Source: Escherichia phage wV7. Taken from it: a stretch of DNA of 64,000 nucleotides. The notes beneath the pieces are model-generated. The model saw only the letters and a program-made list of their open reading frames with translations. It had not been told where the DNA came from and did no database searches. Where the stretch lies: sequence record NC_019505.1; one strand, given 5' to 3'. Below are positions 9,452 through 18,807 of the stretch, piece by piece (positions within the stretch are counted from its first letter, which is position 1; each line of letters opens with the position of its first letter). The position numbers and the translations under genes are program-made.

Positions 9452-10077
9452 TACAATAGCTCAAAGAATTCTTTGAGTCCTCTTATTACATGAGCGTGGG
9501 TTTTTCCACACTCTGGGCACTTAATTGGAACAGCCAAATAAACAGTAGGCTTTAAAAGCATATCTTTTATAGCTACAATATCTGACTCTGTGATGATAGA
9601 ATATAAATCTTCCAATTCTTTTTCATTTAAGTCTTCAACTGGAATGCTTTCACCGTTAGCATGAATCGTTTCTATACATGATACTATCATGTGGGCTATA
9701 TTTTTATCATCAAAAATTTTAGGGTAATGGAATTTAATTTTAATGTCACCCAGTGTATACCAGAGGTCTTCTGGTGCATCTATTTGTGTATGTAATAGAT
9801 TTATATGGGTTGGTATTTCAGTTCCACAGGTGCACTTCCAGGAGTTTTCGTGATTAACTTCTCCAAGAGAATGCGCCCATAAATGAATCAGTAATAGTTC
9901 TGATTCTTGGCGGTTTAAATCTTTTGCATTTGTGCAGTCTTTGATTAGCTTTTTAACAATTACTTCTACGGAACCATTATTTTTGGCAGTAATAAGTTCT
10001 AGATATTCTTTAAGAGTAAATGCGCGACAGTTGATTATTTTAGAACCAACTCTCACGTCAAATTTGTATTCATACAT
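9451..10077 (-). CDS. 26: Baseplate hub protein gp26
   Basis: 208 aa, in the gene 26 position; start overlaps the gene 25 stop. Confidence 0.85.
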   Translation of the reverse strand: MYEYKFDVRVGSKIINCRAFTLKEYLELITAKNNGSVEVIVKKLIKDCTNAKDLNRQESELLLIHLWAHSLGEVNHENSWKCTCGTEIPTHINLLHTQIDAPEDLWYTLGDIKIKFHYPKIFDDKNIAHMIVSCIETIHANGESIPVEDLNEKELEDLYSIITESDIVAIKDMLLKPTVYLAVPIKCPECGKTHAHVIRGLKEFFELL

Positions 10078-10098
10078 ATTTAGCTCCTTTATTTATCA

Positions 10099-10110
10099 TA
10101 TTTATAAATA
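10099..10110. promoter_or_regulatory. Overlapping divergent late promoters (TATTTATAAATA) for gene 26 (minus) and gene 51 (plus)
   Basis: The 12-mer contains TATAAATA on both strands, offset by 4 nt. Confidence 0.55.
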
Positions 10111-10127
10111 GAATAAAAGGAGCATCT

Positions 10128-10880
10128 ATGGCAAACATTATTCGTTGTAAATTACCTGATGGTGTTCATCGTTTTAAACCATTTACGGTAGAAGATTATC
10201 GAGATTTTTTGTTAGTTCGAAACGATATAGAACATCGGTCACCACAAGAACAAAAAGAAGTAATTGCTGATTTAATTGCTGATTATTTTGGAGACTATCC
10301 AAAGACTTGGCAACCATTTATATTTTTGCAGGTATTTGTAGGGTCAATAGGTAAAACTAAAGTACCAGTCACATTTGTATGTCCAAAATGTAAAAAAGAA
10401 AAGACAGTTCCATTTGAAATATATCAAAAAGAATTAAAGGAACCTATTTTTGATGTAGCTAATGTTAAAATTAAATTAAATTTTCCTTCTGAGTTTTATG
10501 AAAATAAAGCAAAGATGATTACTGAAAATATTCATTCTGTTCAAGTCGATGAAATGTGGTATGATTGGAAGGAAATTAGTGAATCAAGTCAAATAGAACT
10601 TGTTGACGCCATCGAGATAGAAACATTAGAAAAAATTCTCGATGCAATGAATCCTATTAATTTAACATTGCACATGTCGTGTTGTGATAAGTACATTAAA
10701 AAATACACTGATATAGTAGATGTGTTTAAGCTATTAGTTAATCCAGATGAGATATTTACTTTTTATCAAATTAATCACACGCTTGTAAAAAGTAATTATA
10801 GCTTAAATTCAATAATGAAAATGATTCCTGCCGAGCGCGGATTCGTATTAAAACTGATTGAGAAGGATAAACATCAATGA
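10128..10880 (+). CDS. 51: Baseplate hub assembly protein gp51
   Basis: 250 aa, divergent from gene 26 as in T4. Confidence 0.85.
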   Translation: MANIIRCKLPDGVHRFKPFTVEDYRDFLLVRNDIEHRSPQEQKEVIADLIADYFGDYPKTWQPFIFLQVFVGSIGKTKVPVTFVCPKCKKEKTVPFEIYQKELKEPIFDVANVKIKLNFPSEFYENKAKMITENIHSVQVDEMWYDWKEISESSQIELVDAIEIETLEKILDAMNPINLTLHMSCCDKYIKKYTDIVDVFKLLVNPDEIFTFYQINHTLVKSNYSLNSIMKMIPAERGFVLKLIEKDKHQ

Positions 10881-12049
10881 GTATGTTACAACGTCCTGGA
10901 TATCCAAATCTCAGCGTTAAATTATTTGAGAGTTATGACGCTTGGAGTAATAATAGATTTGTTGAATTAGCTGCTACTATTACCACATTAACTATGCGTG
11001 ACTCTCTTTATGGTCGAAATGAAGGAATGCTACAATTTTATGATTCTAAAAACATTCATACAAAAATGGATGGAAATGAAATAATTCAGATTTCTGTAGC
11101 TAATGCAAACGATATTAATAATGTTAAAACCCGAATTTATGGATGCAAGCATTTTTCCGTGTCAGTAGATTCAAAAGGCGATAACATCATTGCTATTGAA
11201 TTAGGAACTATTCATTCTATAGAAAATCTTAAATTTGGTAGACCATTTTTCCCTGATGCCGGTGAATCTATAAAGGAAATGCTTGGCGTAATTTATCAAG
11301 ATCGTACATTATTAACTCCAGCGATAAATGCTATTAATGCTTATGTTCCTGATATTCCATGGACTAGCACATTTGAAAACTATTTGTCATATGTAAGAGA
11401 AGTTGCTCTAGCGGTAGGAAGCGATAAGTTCGTATTTGTATGGCAAGACATCATGGGAGTTAACATGATGGACTATGATATGATGATAAATCAAGAACCA
11501 TATCCAATGATTGTAGGTGAGCCAACTTTAATAGGTCAATTCGTCCAAGAATTGAAATATCCATTAGCATATGATTTTGTTTGGTTGACTAAATCAAACC
11601 CGCATAAACGCGATCCAATGAAAAATGCTACTATCTATGCTCATTCATTTTTAGATTCTTCATTACCAATGATTACTACAGGAAAGGGTGAAAACTCTAT
11701 TGTAGTGTCAAGGTCAGGTGCTTATTCTGAAATGACTTATAGAAATGGATATGAAGAAGCTATTCGTCTTCAGACTATGGCGCAGTATGATGGTTACGCT
11801 AAATGTTCTACTGTCGGTAATTTTAACTTGACTCCTGGCGTTAAAATTATTTTTAATGATAGTAAAAACCAATTTAAAACAGAATTTTACGTTGATGAAG
11901 TTATTCACGAATTATCAAATAATAATTCCGTAACTCATCTTTATATGTTCACTAATGCAACGAAACTGGAAACAATCGACCCAGTTAAGGTTAAAAATGA
12001 ATTTAAAACTGATACTACCACTGAAGAAAGTAGTTCTTCCGATAAGTAA
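10877..12049 (+). CDS. 27: Baseplate hub protein gp27
   Basis: 390 aa, in the gene 27 position; overlaps the gene 51 stop. Confidence 0.88.
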   Translation: MSMLQRPGYPNLSVKLFESYDAWSNNRFVELAATITTLTMRDSLYGRNEGMLQFYDSKNIHTKMDGNEIIQISVANANDINNVKTRIYGCKHFSVSVDSKGDNIIAIELGTIHSIENLKFGRPFFPDAGESIKEMLGVIYQDRTLLTPAINAINAYVPDIPWTSTFENYLSYVREVALAVGSDKFVFVWQDIMGVNMMDYDMMINQEPYPMIVGEPTLIGQFVQELKYPLAYDFVWLTKSNPHKRDPMKNATIYAHSFLDSSLPMITTGKGENSIVVSRSGAYSEMTYRNGYEEAIRLQTMAQYDGYAKCSTVGNFNLTPGVKIIFNDSKNQFKTEFYVDEVIHELSNNNSVTHLYMFTNATKLETIDPVKVKNEFKTDTTTEESSSSDK

Positions 12050-12530
12050 TAAAGAGGTTTCTATTCCTAAGATGGGTCTTAAACATTATAACATTTTAAA
12101 AGATGTTAAAGGTCCTGATGAAAATTTAAAGCTTCTTATTGATTCTATTTGTCCAAATTTATCACCGGCAGAAGTTGATTTCGTTTCTATTCATTTGCTA
12201 GAATTTAATGGAAAGATTAAATCTCGTAAAGAAATAGATGGTTATACTTATGATATTAATGACGTTTATGTATGCCAAAGATTGGAATTTCAATACCAAG
12301 GAAATACATTTTATTTTAGACCTCCTGGAAAATTTGAACAATTTTTAACTGTAAGCGATATGTTATCCAAATGCTTGCTTAAGGTCAATGATGAAGTTAA
12401 AGAAATTAATTTTCTTGAGATGCCAGCATTTGTTTTAAAATGGGCAAATGATATTTCTACAACTTTAGCAATTCCTGGCCCTAATGGTCCAATAACCGGA
12501 ATTGGCAATATTATTGGATTATTTGAATGA
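11997..12530 (+). CDS. 28: Baseplate hub distal protein gp28 (177 aa from ATG at ~11997; track ORF begins at 11955)
   Basis: ORF overlaps the gene 27 3' end; the internal ATG gives the size I recall for T4 gp28. Confidence 0.75.
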   Translation: MNLKLILPLKKVVLPISNKEVSIPKMGLKHYNILKDVKGPDENLKLLIDSICPNLSPAEVDFVSIHLLEFNGKIKSRKEIDGYTYDINDVYVCQRLEFQYQGNTFYFRPPGKFEQFLTVSDMLSKCLLKVNDEVKEINFLEMPAFVLKWANDISTTLAIPGPNGPITGIGNIIGLFE

Positions 12531-14299
12531 AAAAGCCACAAGAAATGCAAACGATGCGTAGAAAAGTTATTTCAGATAATAAACCAACACAGGAAGCGGC
12601 TAAATCCGCTTCTAATACTTTATCTGGTCTTAATGACATTTCTACAAAATTAGATGATGCTCAAGCTGCTTCTGAATTAATAGCTCAGACTGTTGAAGAA
12701 AAATCAAATGAAATAGTTGGAGCAATTGATAACGTTGAAAGCGCAGTAAGTGATACTACTGCCGGTTCTGAGTTAATTGCTGAAACTGTTGAAATTGGAA
12801 ACAATATTAATAAAGAAATCGGTGAATCGCTCGGAAGCAAATTAGATAAATTAACAAGTTTACTGGAACAAAAAATTCAGACAGCTGGAATTCAGCAAAC
12901 TGGAACGAGTTTAGCAGTAGTCGAAAATGCTATTCCTGTTAAAGTCGTCGAGGATGATACAGCTGAATCTGTGGGTCCTTTATTACCGGCTCCTGAAGCA
13001 GTTAATAATGATCCTGATGCTGATTTTTTCCCTACTCCTCAGCCAATTGAACCAAAACAAGAGTCTCCAGAAGAGAAGCAAAAAAGAGACGCATTTAACT
13101 TAAAATTATCTCAAGCTTTAGATAAATTAACAAAGACAGTTGATTTCGGATTTAAGAAATCTATTTCAATTACTGATAAAATATCTAGTATGCTATTTAA
13201 GTATACCGTCAGTGCTGCTATTGAAGCTGCTAAAATGGTTGCATTGATAATGGCTGTTGTTATTGGAATAGACCTGCTGATGGTTCATTTTAAATACTGG
13301 TCAGATAAATTTTCAAAAGCCTGGGATTTATTTAGCACTGATTTTACTAAATTCTCTAGCGAAACCGGAACATGGGGTCCTTTATTACAGAGCATCTTTG
13401 ATTCTATTGATGAAATTAAAAAGTTCTGGGAAGCTGGAGATTGGGGCGGATTAACAGTAGCTATTATTGAAGGGCTTGGAAGTGTTCTTTATAATTTAGG
13501 AGAGCTTATTCAATTAGGTATGGCTAAATTATCTGCAGCAATTCTTCGAGTCATTCCTGGCATGAAGGATACTGCTGATGAAGTAGAAGGAAGAGCATTA
13601 GAAAATTTCCAAAATTCTACTGGAGCATCTCTTAATAAAGAAGACCAAGAAAAAGTAGCAAATTATCAAGATAAACGAATGAATGATGATCTTGGCCCAA
13701 TAGCAAAAGGATTAGACAAAATTGCGAACTGGAAAACTCGTGCATCTAACTGGATTCGTGGTGTAGATAATAAAGAAGCATTGACTACTGACGAAGAACG
13801 TGCAGCAGAAGAAGAAAAATTAAAACAACTTTCACCGGAAGAAAGAAAAAATGCTTTAATGAAAGCTAATGAAGCTCGTGCTGCGATGATTCGTTTTGAA
13901 AAATACGCTGATTCAGCTGATATGAGCAAAGACTCGACAGTTAAATCAATTGAAGCTGCTCATGAAGACCTTAAAAAACGAATGAATGATCCGGATTTAA
14001 ATAATTCACCAGCAGTTAAAAAAGAACTTGCTTCTAGATTTGCTAAAATTGATGCCACTTATCAAGAGCTCAAGAAAAATCAACCTGAAGCAAAACCTGA
14101 AACTTCTGCTAAATCACCAGAAGCAAAACAGGTCCAGGTGATTGAAAAGAACAAAGCACAACAAGCTCCTGTTCAACAAGCATCTCCTTCAATCAATAAT
14201 ACTAATAATGTTATTAAGAAAAATACTGTCGTTCATAATATGACACCTGTCACAAGCACAACTGCTCCTGGTGTATTTGGTGCGACGGGAGTTAATTAA
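12527..14299 (+). CDS. 29: Baseplate hub / tail tube length determinator gp29
   Basis: 590 aa, exactly the recalled T4 gp29 length; extended, low-complexity middle region. Confidence 0.88.
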   Translation: MKKPQEMQTMRRKVISDNKPTQEAAKSASNTLSGLNDISTKLDDAQAASELIAQTVEEKSNEIVGAIDNVESAVSDTTAGSELIAETVEIGNNINKEIGESLGSKLDKLTSLLEQKIQTAGIQQTGTSLAVVENAIPVKVVEDDTAESVGPLLPAPEAVNNDPDADFFPTPQPIEPKQESPEEKQKRDAFNLKLSQALDKLTKTVDFGFKKSISITDKISSMLFKYTVSAAIEAAKMVALIMAVVIGIDLLMVHFKYWSDKFSKAWDLFSTDFTKFSSETGTWGPLLQSIFDSIDEIKKFWEAGDWGGLTVAIIEGLGSVLYNLGELIQLGMAKLSAAILRVIPGMKDTADEVEGRALENFQNSTGASLNKEDQEKVANYQDKRMNDDLGPIAKGLDKIANWKTRASNWIRGVDNKEALTTDEERAAEEEKLKQLSPEERKNALMKANEARAAMIRFEKYADSADMSKDSTVKSIEAAHEDLKKRMNDPDLNNSPAVKKELASRFAKIDATYQELKKNQPEAKPETSAKSPEAKQVQVIEKNKAQQAPVQQASPSINNTNNVIKKNTVVHNMTPVTSTTAPGVFGATGVN

Positions 14300-14307
14300 G
14301 GAATAAT

Positions 14308-15402
14308 ATGGCAATTGTTAAAGAAATAACTGCTGATTTAATTAAAAAGTCCGGTGAAACAATTTCAGCCGGACAGAGTACTAAATCAGAAGTAGGAACT
14401 AAAACATACACAGCCCAGTTTCCAACTGGGCGTGCTAGTGGTAATGACACTACAGGGGACTTCCAGGTAACAGATCTATATAAGAATGGATTATTATTTA
14501 CTGCATACAATATGTCATCTAGGGATTCTGGAAGTCTTAGAACGATGAGATCTAACTACTCTTCTTCATCTTCGAGTATTTTACGTACAGCCAGAAACAC
14601 TATCAGTAATACAGTATCAAAACTATCAAATGGACTAATATCAGATAATAATTCAGGAACAATAAGTAAAGTTCCTGTTGCAAATATTCTTTTACCTAGA
14701 TCTAAATCTGACGTCGATACGTCATCACATAGATTTAATGATGTTCAAGATAGTCTTATTACAAAAGGCGGAGGTACTGCTACTGGTGTGCTAAGTAATA
14801 TGGCTTCAACTGCAGTATTTGGTGCGCTTGAAAGTATAACACAAGGAATAATGGCTGATAATAATGAACAGATCTATACAACAGCTAGAAGTATGTATGG
14901 CGGTGCTGAAAATAGAACAAAAGTGTTCACCTGGGATTTGACTCCGCGCTCAACAGAAGATTTAATGGCTATTATTAATATCTATCAGTATTTTAACTAT
15001 TTTTCTTACGGTGAAACTGGTAAATCTCAATATGCTGCTGAAATAAAAGGATATTTAGATGAGTGGTATCGTTCTACATTTATTGAACCATTAACGCCAG
15101 AAGACGCGATTAAAAACAAGACGTTATTTGAAAAAATGACATCGAGTTTAACGAACGTTCTTGTAGTTTCAAACCCGACAATTTGGATGGTGAAAAACTT
15201 TGGTGCAACTTCTAAATTTGATGGAAAGACTGAAGTATTCGGTCCATGCCAAATACAGAGTATTAGATTTGATAAAACACCAAATGGTAACTTTAATGGA
15301 TTAGCTATTGCTCCTAACCTTCCAAGTTCTTTTACACTCGAGATTACTATGAGAGAGATTATTACGTTAAACCGTGCTTCTTTATATACGGGGACTTTCT
15401 AA
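14308..15402 (+). CDS. 48: Baseplate tail tube cap protein gp48
   Basis: 364 aa in the gene 48 position. Confidence 0.88.
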   Translation: MAIVKEITADLIKKSGETISAGQSTKSEVGTKTYTAQFPTGRASGNDTTGDFQVTDLYKNGLLFTAYNMSSRDSGSLRTMRSNYSSSSSSILRTARNTISNTVSKLSNGLISDNNSGTISKVPVANILLPRSKSDVDTSSHRFNDVQDSLITKGGGTATGVLSNMASTAVFGALESITQGIMADNNEQIYTTARSMYGGAENRTKVFTWDLTPRSTEDLMAIINIYQYFNYFSYGETGKSQYAAEIKGYLDEWYRSTFIEPLTPEDAIKNKTLFEKMTSSLTNVLVVSNPTIWMVKNFGATSKFDGKTEVFGPCQIQSIRFDKTPNGNFNGLAIAPNLPSSFTLEITMREIITLNRASLYTGTF

Positions 15403-16367
15403 TGTATTCTTTAGAGGAATTTAATAATCAAGCAATAAACGCAGACTTCCAACGTAATAATATGTTCAGCTGTGTTTTTGCTACAACTCCATCAACTAAA
15501 AGCTCATCGTTAATAAGCTCAATTAGTAACTTTGCTTATAATAACTTGGGTCTAAATTCAGATTGGTTGGGATTAACTCAAGGTGATATTAATCAGGGAA
15601 TTACTACGCTAATTACCGCTGGCACACAAAAACTGATAAGAAAATCAGGGGTTAGTAAATATCTTATTGGTGCCATGAGTCAACGTACAGTTCAAAGTTT
15701 ATTAGGCTCATTTACAGTTGGTACATATTTAATTGACTTCTTTAACATGGCATATAACTCATCTGGATTGATGATATATTCTGTAAAAATGCCAGAGAAT
15801 AGATTATCCTATGAAACTGACTGGAACTATAATTCTCCTAATATTCGTATAACTGGAAGAGAATTAGACCCTTTGGTTATTTCATTTAGAATGGATTCAG
15901 AAGCTTGTAACTATCGTGCAATGCAAGACTGGGTTAACGCTGTTCAAGACCCAGTAACTGGATTGCGTGCTTTACCGCAAGATGTCGAGGCAGATATTCA
16001 GGTCAATCTTCATTCTCGCAATGGATTACCACATACTGCGGTGATGTTCACTGGCTGTATTCCAATATCTGTGAGTGCTCCTGAGTTATCATATGATGGA
16101 GATAACCAAATAACTACATTTGATGTTACTTTCGCTTATAGAGTCATGCAGGCTGGAGCAGTTGATAGACAAGCTGCCCTTGAATGGCTTGAATCTGCTA
16201 CTATAAATGGTATTCAAAGCGTTCTCGGAAATAGTGGAGGTGTTACTGGACTATCTAATTCGCTTTCACGACTTAGTAGATTAGGGGGAACTGCAGGAAG
16301 CATTTCAAATATTAATACTATGACAGGAATTGTCAATTCGCAAAGTAAAATATTAGGAGCAATATAA
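15402..16367 (+). CDS. 54: Baseplate tail tube initiator gp54
   Basis: 321 aa in the gene 54 position. Confidence 0.88.
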   Translation: MYSLEEFNNQAINADFQRNNMFSCVFATTPSTKSSSLISSISNFAYNNLGLNSDWLGLTQGDINQGITTLITAGTQKLIRKSGVSKYLIGAMSQRTVQSLLGSFTVGTYLIDFFNMAYNSSGLMIYSVKMPENRLSYETDWNYNSPNIRITGRELDPLVISFRMDSEACNYRAMQDWVNAVQDPVTGLRALPQDVEADIQVNLHSRNGLPHTAVMFTGCIPISVSAPELSYDGDNQITTFDVTFAYRVMQAGAVDRQAALEWLESATINGIQSVLGNSGGVTGLSNSLSRLSRLGGTAGSISNINTMTGIVNSQSKILGAI

Positions 16368-16371
16368 CAAT

Positions 16372-16389
16372 GGGGACCGAAAGGTCCCC
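16372..16389. terminator. Hairpin GGGGACC-GAAA-GGTCCCC between convergent gene 54 and the alt block
   Basis: Perfect 7-bp stem and GNRA loop with flanking A/T runs. Confidence 0.65.
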
Positions 16390-16395
16390 ATATTT

Positions 16396-16686
16396 TTATT
16401 TACGGAATGAAATAAAAGCAGCAACTGAAGCAACAGAGGTTTCTTCAATATAAACCTCAATTTTTACCGGAGCTTCTGACTCAAATTTACCTGTTACTAC
16501 ACCTTGGAAAATACTTTCAGTCTGTTCTGGCTTTGAAAAATTTTCAGAAGGAAAAATTCCGAACTTTTTATCTGTTCCAAAAATTTTGATAAATTCATCG
16601 TAAACTGCTTCATTGAAAGCGTTATCAGCGGGAATAACGCCTTCAACGACGAGTTCTTGACCTAAAAAGCGCAAAGAAGATTTCAT
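16396..16686 (-). CDS. Hypothetical protein (alt.-3 position)
   Basis: 96 aa ORF with its own upstream early promoter. Confidence 0.6.
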   Translation of the reverse strand: MKSSLRFLGQELVVEGVIPADNAFNEAVYDEFIKIFGTDKKFGIFPSENFSKPEQTESIFQGVVTGKFESEAPVKIEVYIEETSVASVAAFISFRK

Positions 16687-16717
16687 TTTGTGTTCCTCAT
16701 GTTATGTCAGTAAGACT

Positions 16718-16747
16718 ACTATAACACAACATGAGGGACTTGTAAAC
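16718..16747 (-). promoter_or_regulatory. Early promoter (GTTTACA, 17 nt, TATAGT) inside a leader inverted repeat
   Basis: Minus strand: gTTTACAagtccctcatgttgtgtTATAGTAgtcttactgacataacatgaggaacacaaaATG. Confidence 0.6.
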
Positions 16748-18804
16748 TACATTTTGAACTTTTTAGACATTCCGTTGATGTTAACCAAAGAAGCTAAGAT
16801 TTGAGAAACTTCGTTTTCCTCTTCTTTTGATTCTTCTACAAGGAATTGATTAAATCCAGCCATTGGACGAACTTCACCAGTTTCCATTAGATGGTCGCCA
16901 TCATATACTGATTCTTCTAATTGTTCAGAAGGAGGAACGATTGTACCTTCGATTAGATACTTGTTATAAGCAGTTTCTTTCATAAAGTAAGTACTTACTT
17001 TATTAATCTTCAGTAAAATTCCACGTGGTAGAATAACTTCAGCTTCTGATGGAAATCCTGACAAATGACCTGGAACGATAACTTTAACTCGTTCAGCTCC
17101 TTTAATTACCATACCCACGCTAGTTTCAGCATCTTCATTAGCATATGTAGAATGACTACCCATATGCATCAAATCTTCTGCATCAACGGAACCTTCTCCT
17201 TCACCAGAAAATACTGCTCCGGAATTATCTAAGGCCATATAATTTTTACCATACTCACCAAAGATATTTGGTTTAAGTGATGTCGATACGAAGTTCTTGA
17301 AATAGAACATTTTATTTTCAATGTTATGACGCAAAGTTTTAAAAGTAACTTCTTGTCCACGGTAAAGTGTAGTTCCTGGAGGAAGAACTGAACCTTTAGC
17401 GAATGCAGAATCCAGCGTCTCAATATGTTTAATAGCTCGTTCCATATATTCTTCACGTGTAGAATCAGGTTTACCTAAAAGGAATGAGTTCATTTCAACA
17501 TACGAATCTGCGCAATAATCTTCAATTACATCAGACTCAGCCTGAGTCAATCCTTTTGGAGTTACTTCAGTGCTTGCATATTCATACGCCTGAGCAGCGG
17601 ATTCATCAATTAATTTATAAATGCCATTCATGACAAATTGAATAATAGCTGTCTTTTCATCTGGCGTAGCTTTAGAACCTTTAACTAAATCATTGACAAT
17701 TTTCTTAATAACATCAAAGCTATTAGAAATATTAATGTCAGCAAGATCGCTTAAAATTTTATCAGTTTTATAATCAAAAAATTCTTTATTCTTTAAATAT
17801 TCTTGAGAACTTTGATATGTTATATCGCTCTGCAACTTGATAGATGGATCACGTAAACGTGCATGGGCTAATGCAATATGATTTCGGAAGCTTTCTAGTT
17901 CATAATCGTTAGATTTAAAACGAGAAGCACTTCTCATACCACCGATAGCTCCTTTGCTGAAGTTTGAACCAATCTGAATAACGCCAGAGTTCATTGGTCC
18001 TTCTGCTTTATATACCGGAACTTTAGATTCAAACTCTTGATATTTCTTAGCAGCGAAGCTATCACCCTGAAGTGAAGCATCAACAGTAGAATATTGAGCT
18101 TGTGCTGCTAATCGACGGCTAATTTTAGTTTTCTGAATAACAGCTTGATCCGTACGCTTATCATTTTCTAAAGCAATAGAAGCAGCAACTGCGACAGCTT
18201 TAGGAACAGCATTACCTGTTTTAACGTCTACATAAACATCACCAACCTTTGATTCAACTTTTGTGAATAACTCAGTTGAAATAGGAGGTACACCTGGAAT
18301 GTCTTCTAAATTGGCATTTTTACGGTAAACCATAATATATGCATATTTCTTATCATAGTCCCAGATTTCCTTTAAAAGAACATATCGACCTGCTCCTTTA
18401 GTACGTACTAAACGGTCAGCAATAACTTGCATTTGACGAGCAGCGCCGTTTGTTTTACTTTTTAGTACGCGGAATAGGCATGCATCAATTTTATACTGTT
18501 TCATTGTTTGAAGAGCAGTATCAAAAACCGCATTAATGACGCCAATTGGATTTCCACCCAAGTTTTTAAGCTTAACTAACGATAATTTCTCGTTGACGCC
18601 TATCATTACGATATGCATCATTTTGTCGCCTGGCTTAACGTTTTTATTCGTATCACCGCCAGAGGTGTATGTACAAAATCTAAATCCAGGAAGCACGCTT
18701 TCTTCACCGGCTTGAATAGCAAAAATTTGTGGTATTTTATGCTTAGGATTTAAGTTAACAACCGGCGCCGAAGCGCCGTCAAATAATTCTGTAATAAGTT
18801 CCAT
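16747..18804 (-). CDS. Alt-like mono-ADP-ribosyltransferase, second tandem paralog (685 aa)
   Basis: N-terminus MELITELFD..., CTYTSGGDTN, YVLLKE.WDYDKKYAYI; C-terminal R...STS...EAEVILPRG motif set. Confidence 0.8.
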   Translation of the reverse strand: MELITELFDGASAPVVNLNPKHKIPQIFAIQAGEESVLPGFRFCTYTSGGDTNKNVKPGDKMMHIVMIGVNEKLSLVKLKNLGGNPIGVINAVFDTALQTMKQYKIDACLFRVLKSKTNGAARQMQVIADRLVRTKGAGRYVLLKEIWDYDKKYAYIMVYRKNANLEDIPGVPPISTELFTKVESKVGDVYVDVKTGNAVPKAVAVAASIALENDKRTDQAVIQKTKISRRLAAQAQYSTVDASLQGDSFAAKKYQEFESKVPVYKAEGPMNSGVIQIGSNFSKGAIGGMRSASRFKSNDYELESFRNHIALAHARLRDPSIKLQSDITYQSSQEYLKNKEFFDYKTDKILSDLADINISNSFDVIKKIVNDLVKGSKATPDEKTAIIQFVMNGIYKLIDESAAQAYEYASTEVTPKGLTQAESDVIEDYCADSYVEMNSFLLGKPDSTREEYMERAIKHIETLDSAFAKGSVLPPGTTLYRGQEVTFKTLRHNIENKMFYFKNFVSTSLKPNIFGEYGKNYMALDNSGAVFSGEGEGSVDAEDLMHMGSHSTYANEDAETSVGMVIKGAERVKVIVPGHLSGFPSEAEVILPRGILLKINKVSTYFMKETAYNKYLIEGTIVPPSEQLEESVYDGDHLMETGEVRPMAGFNQFLVEESKEEENEVSQILASLVNINGMSKKFKM

Positions 18805-18807
18805 GAT

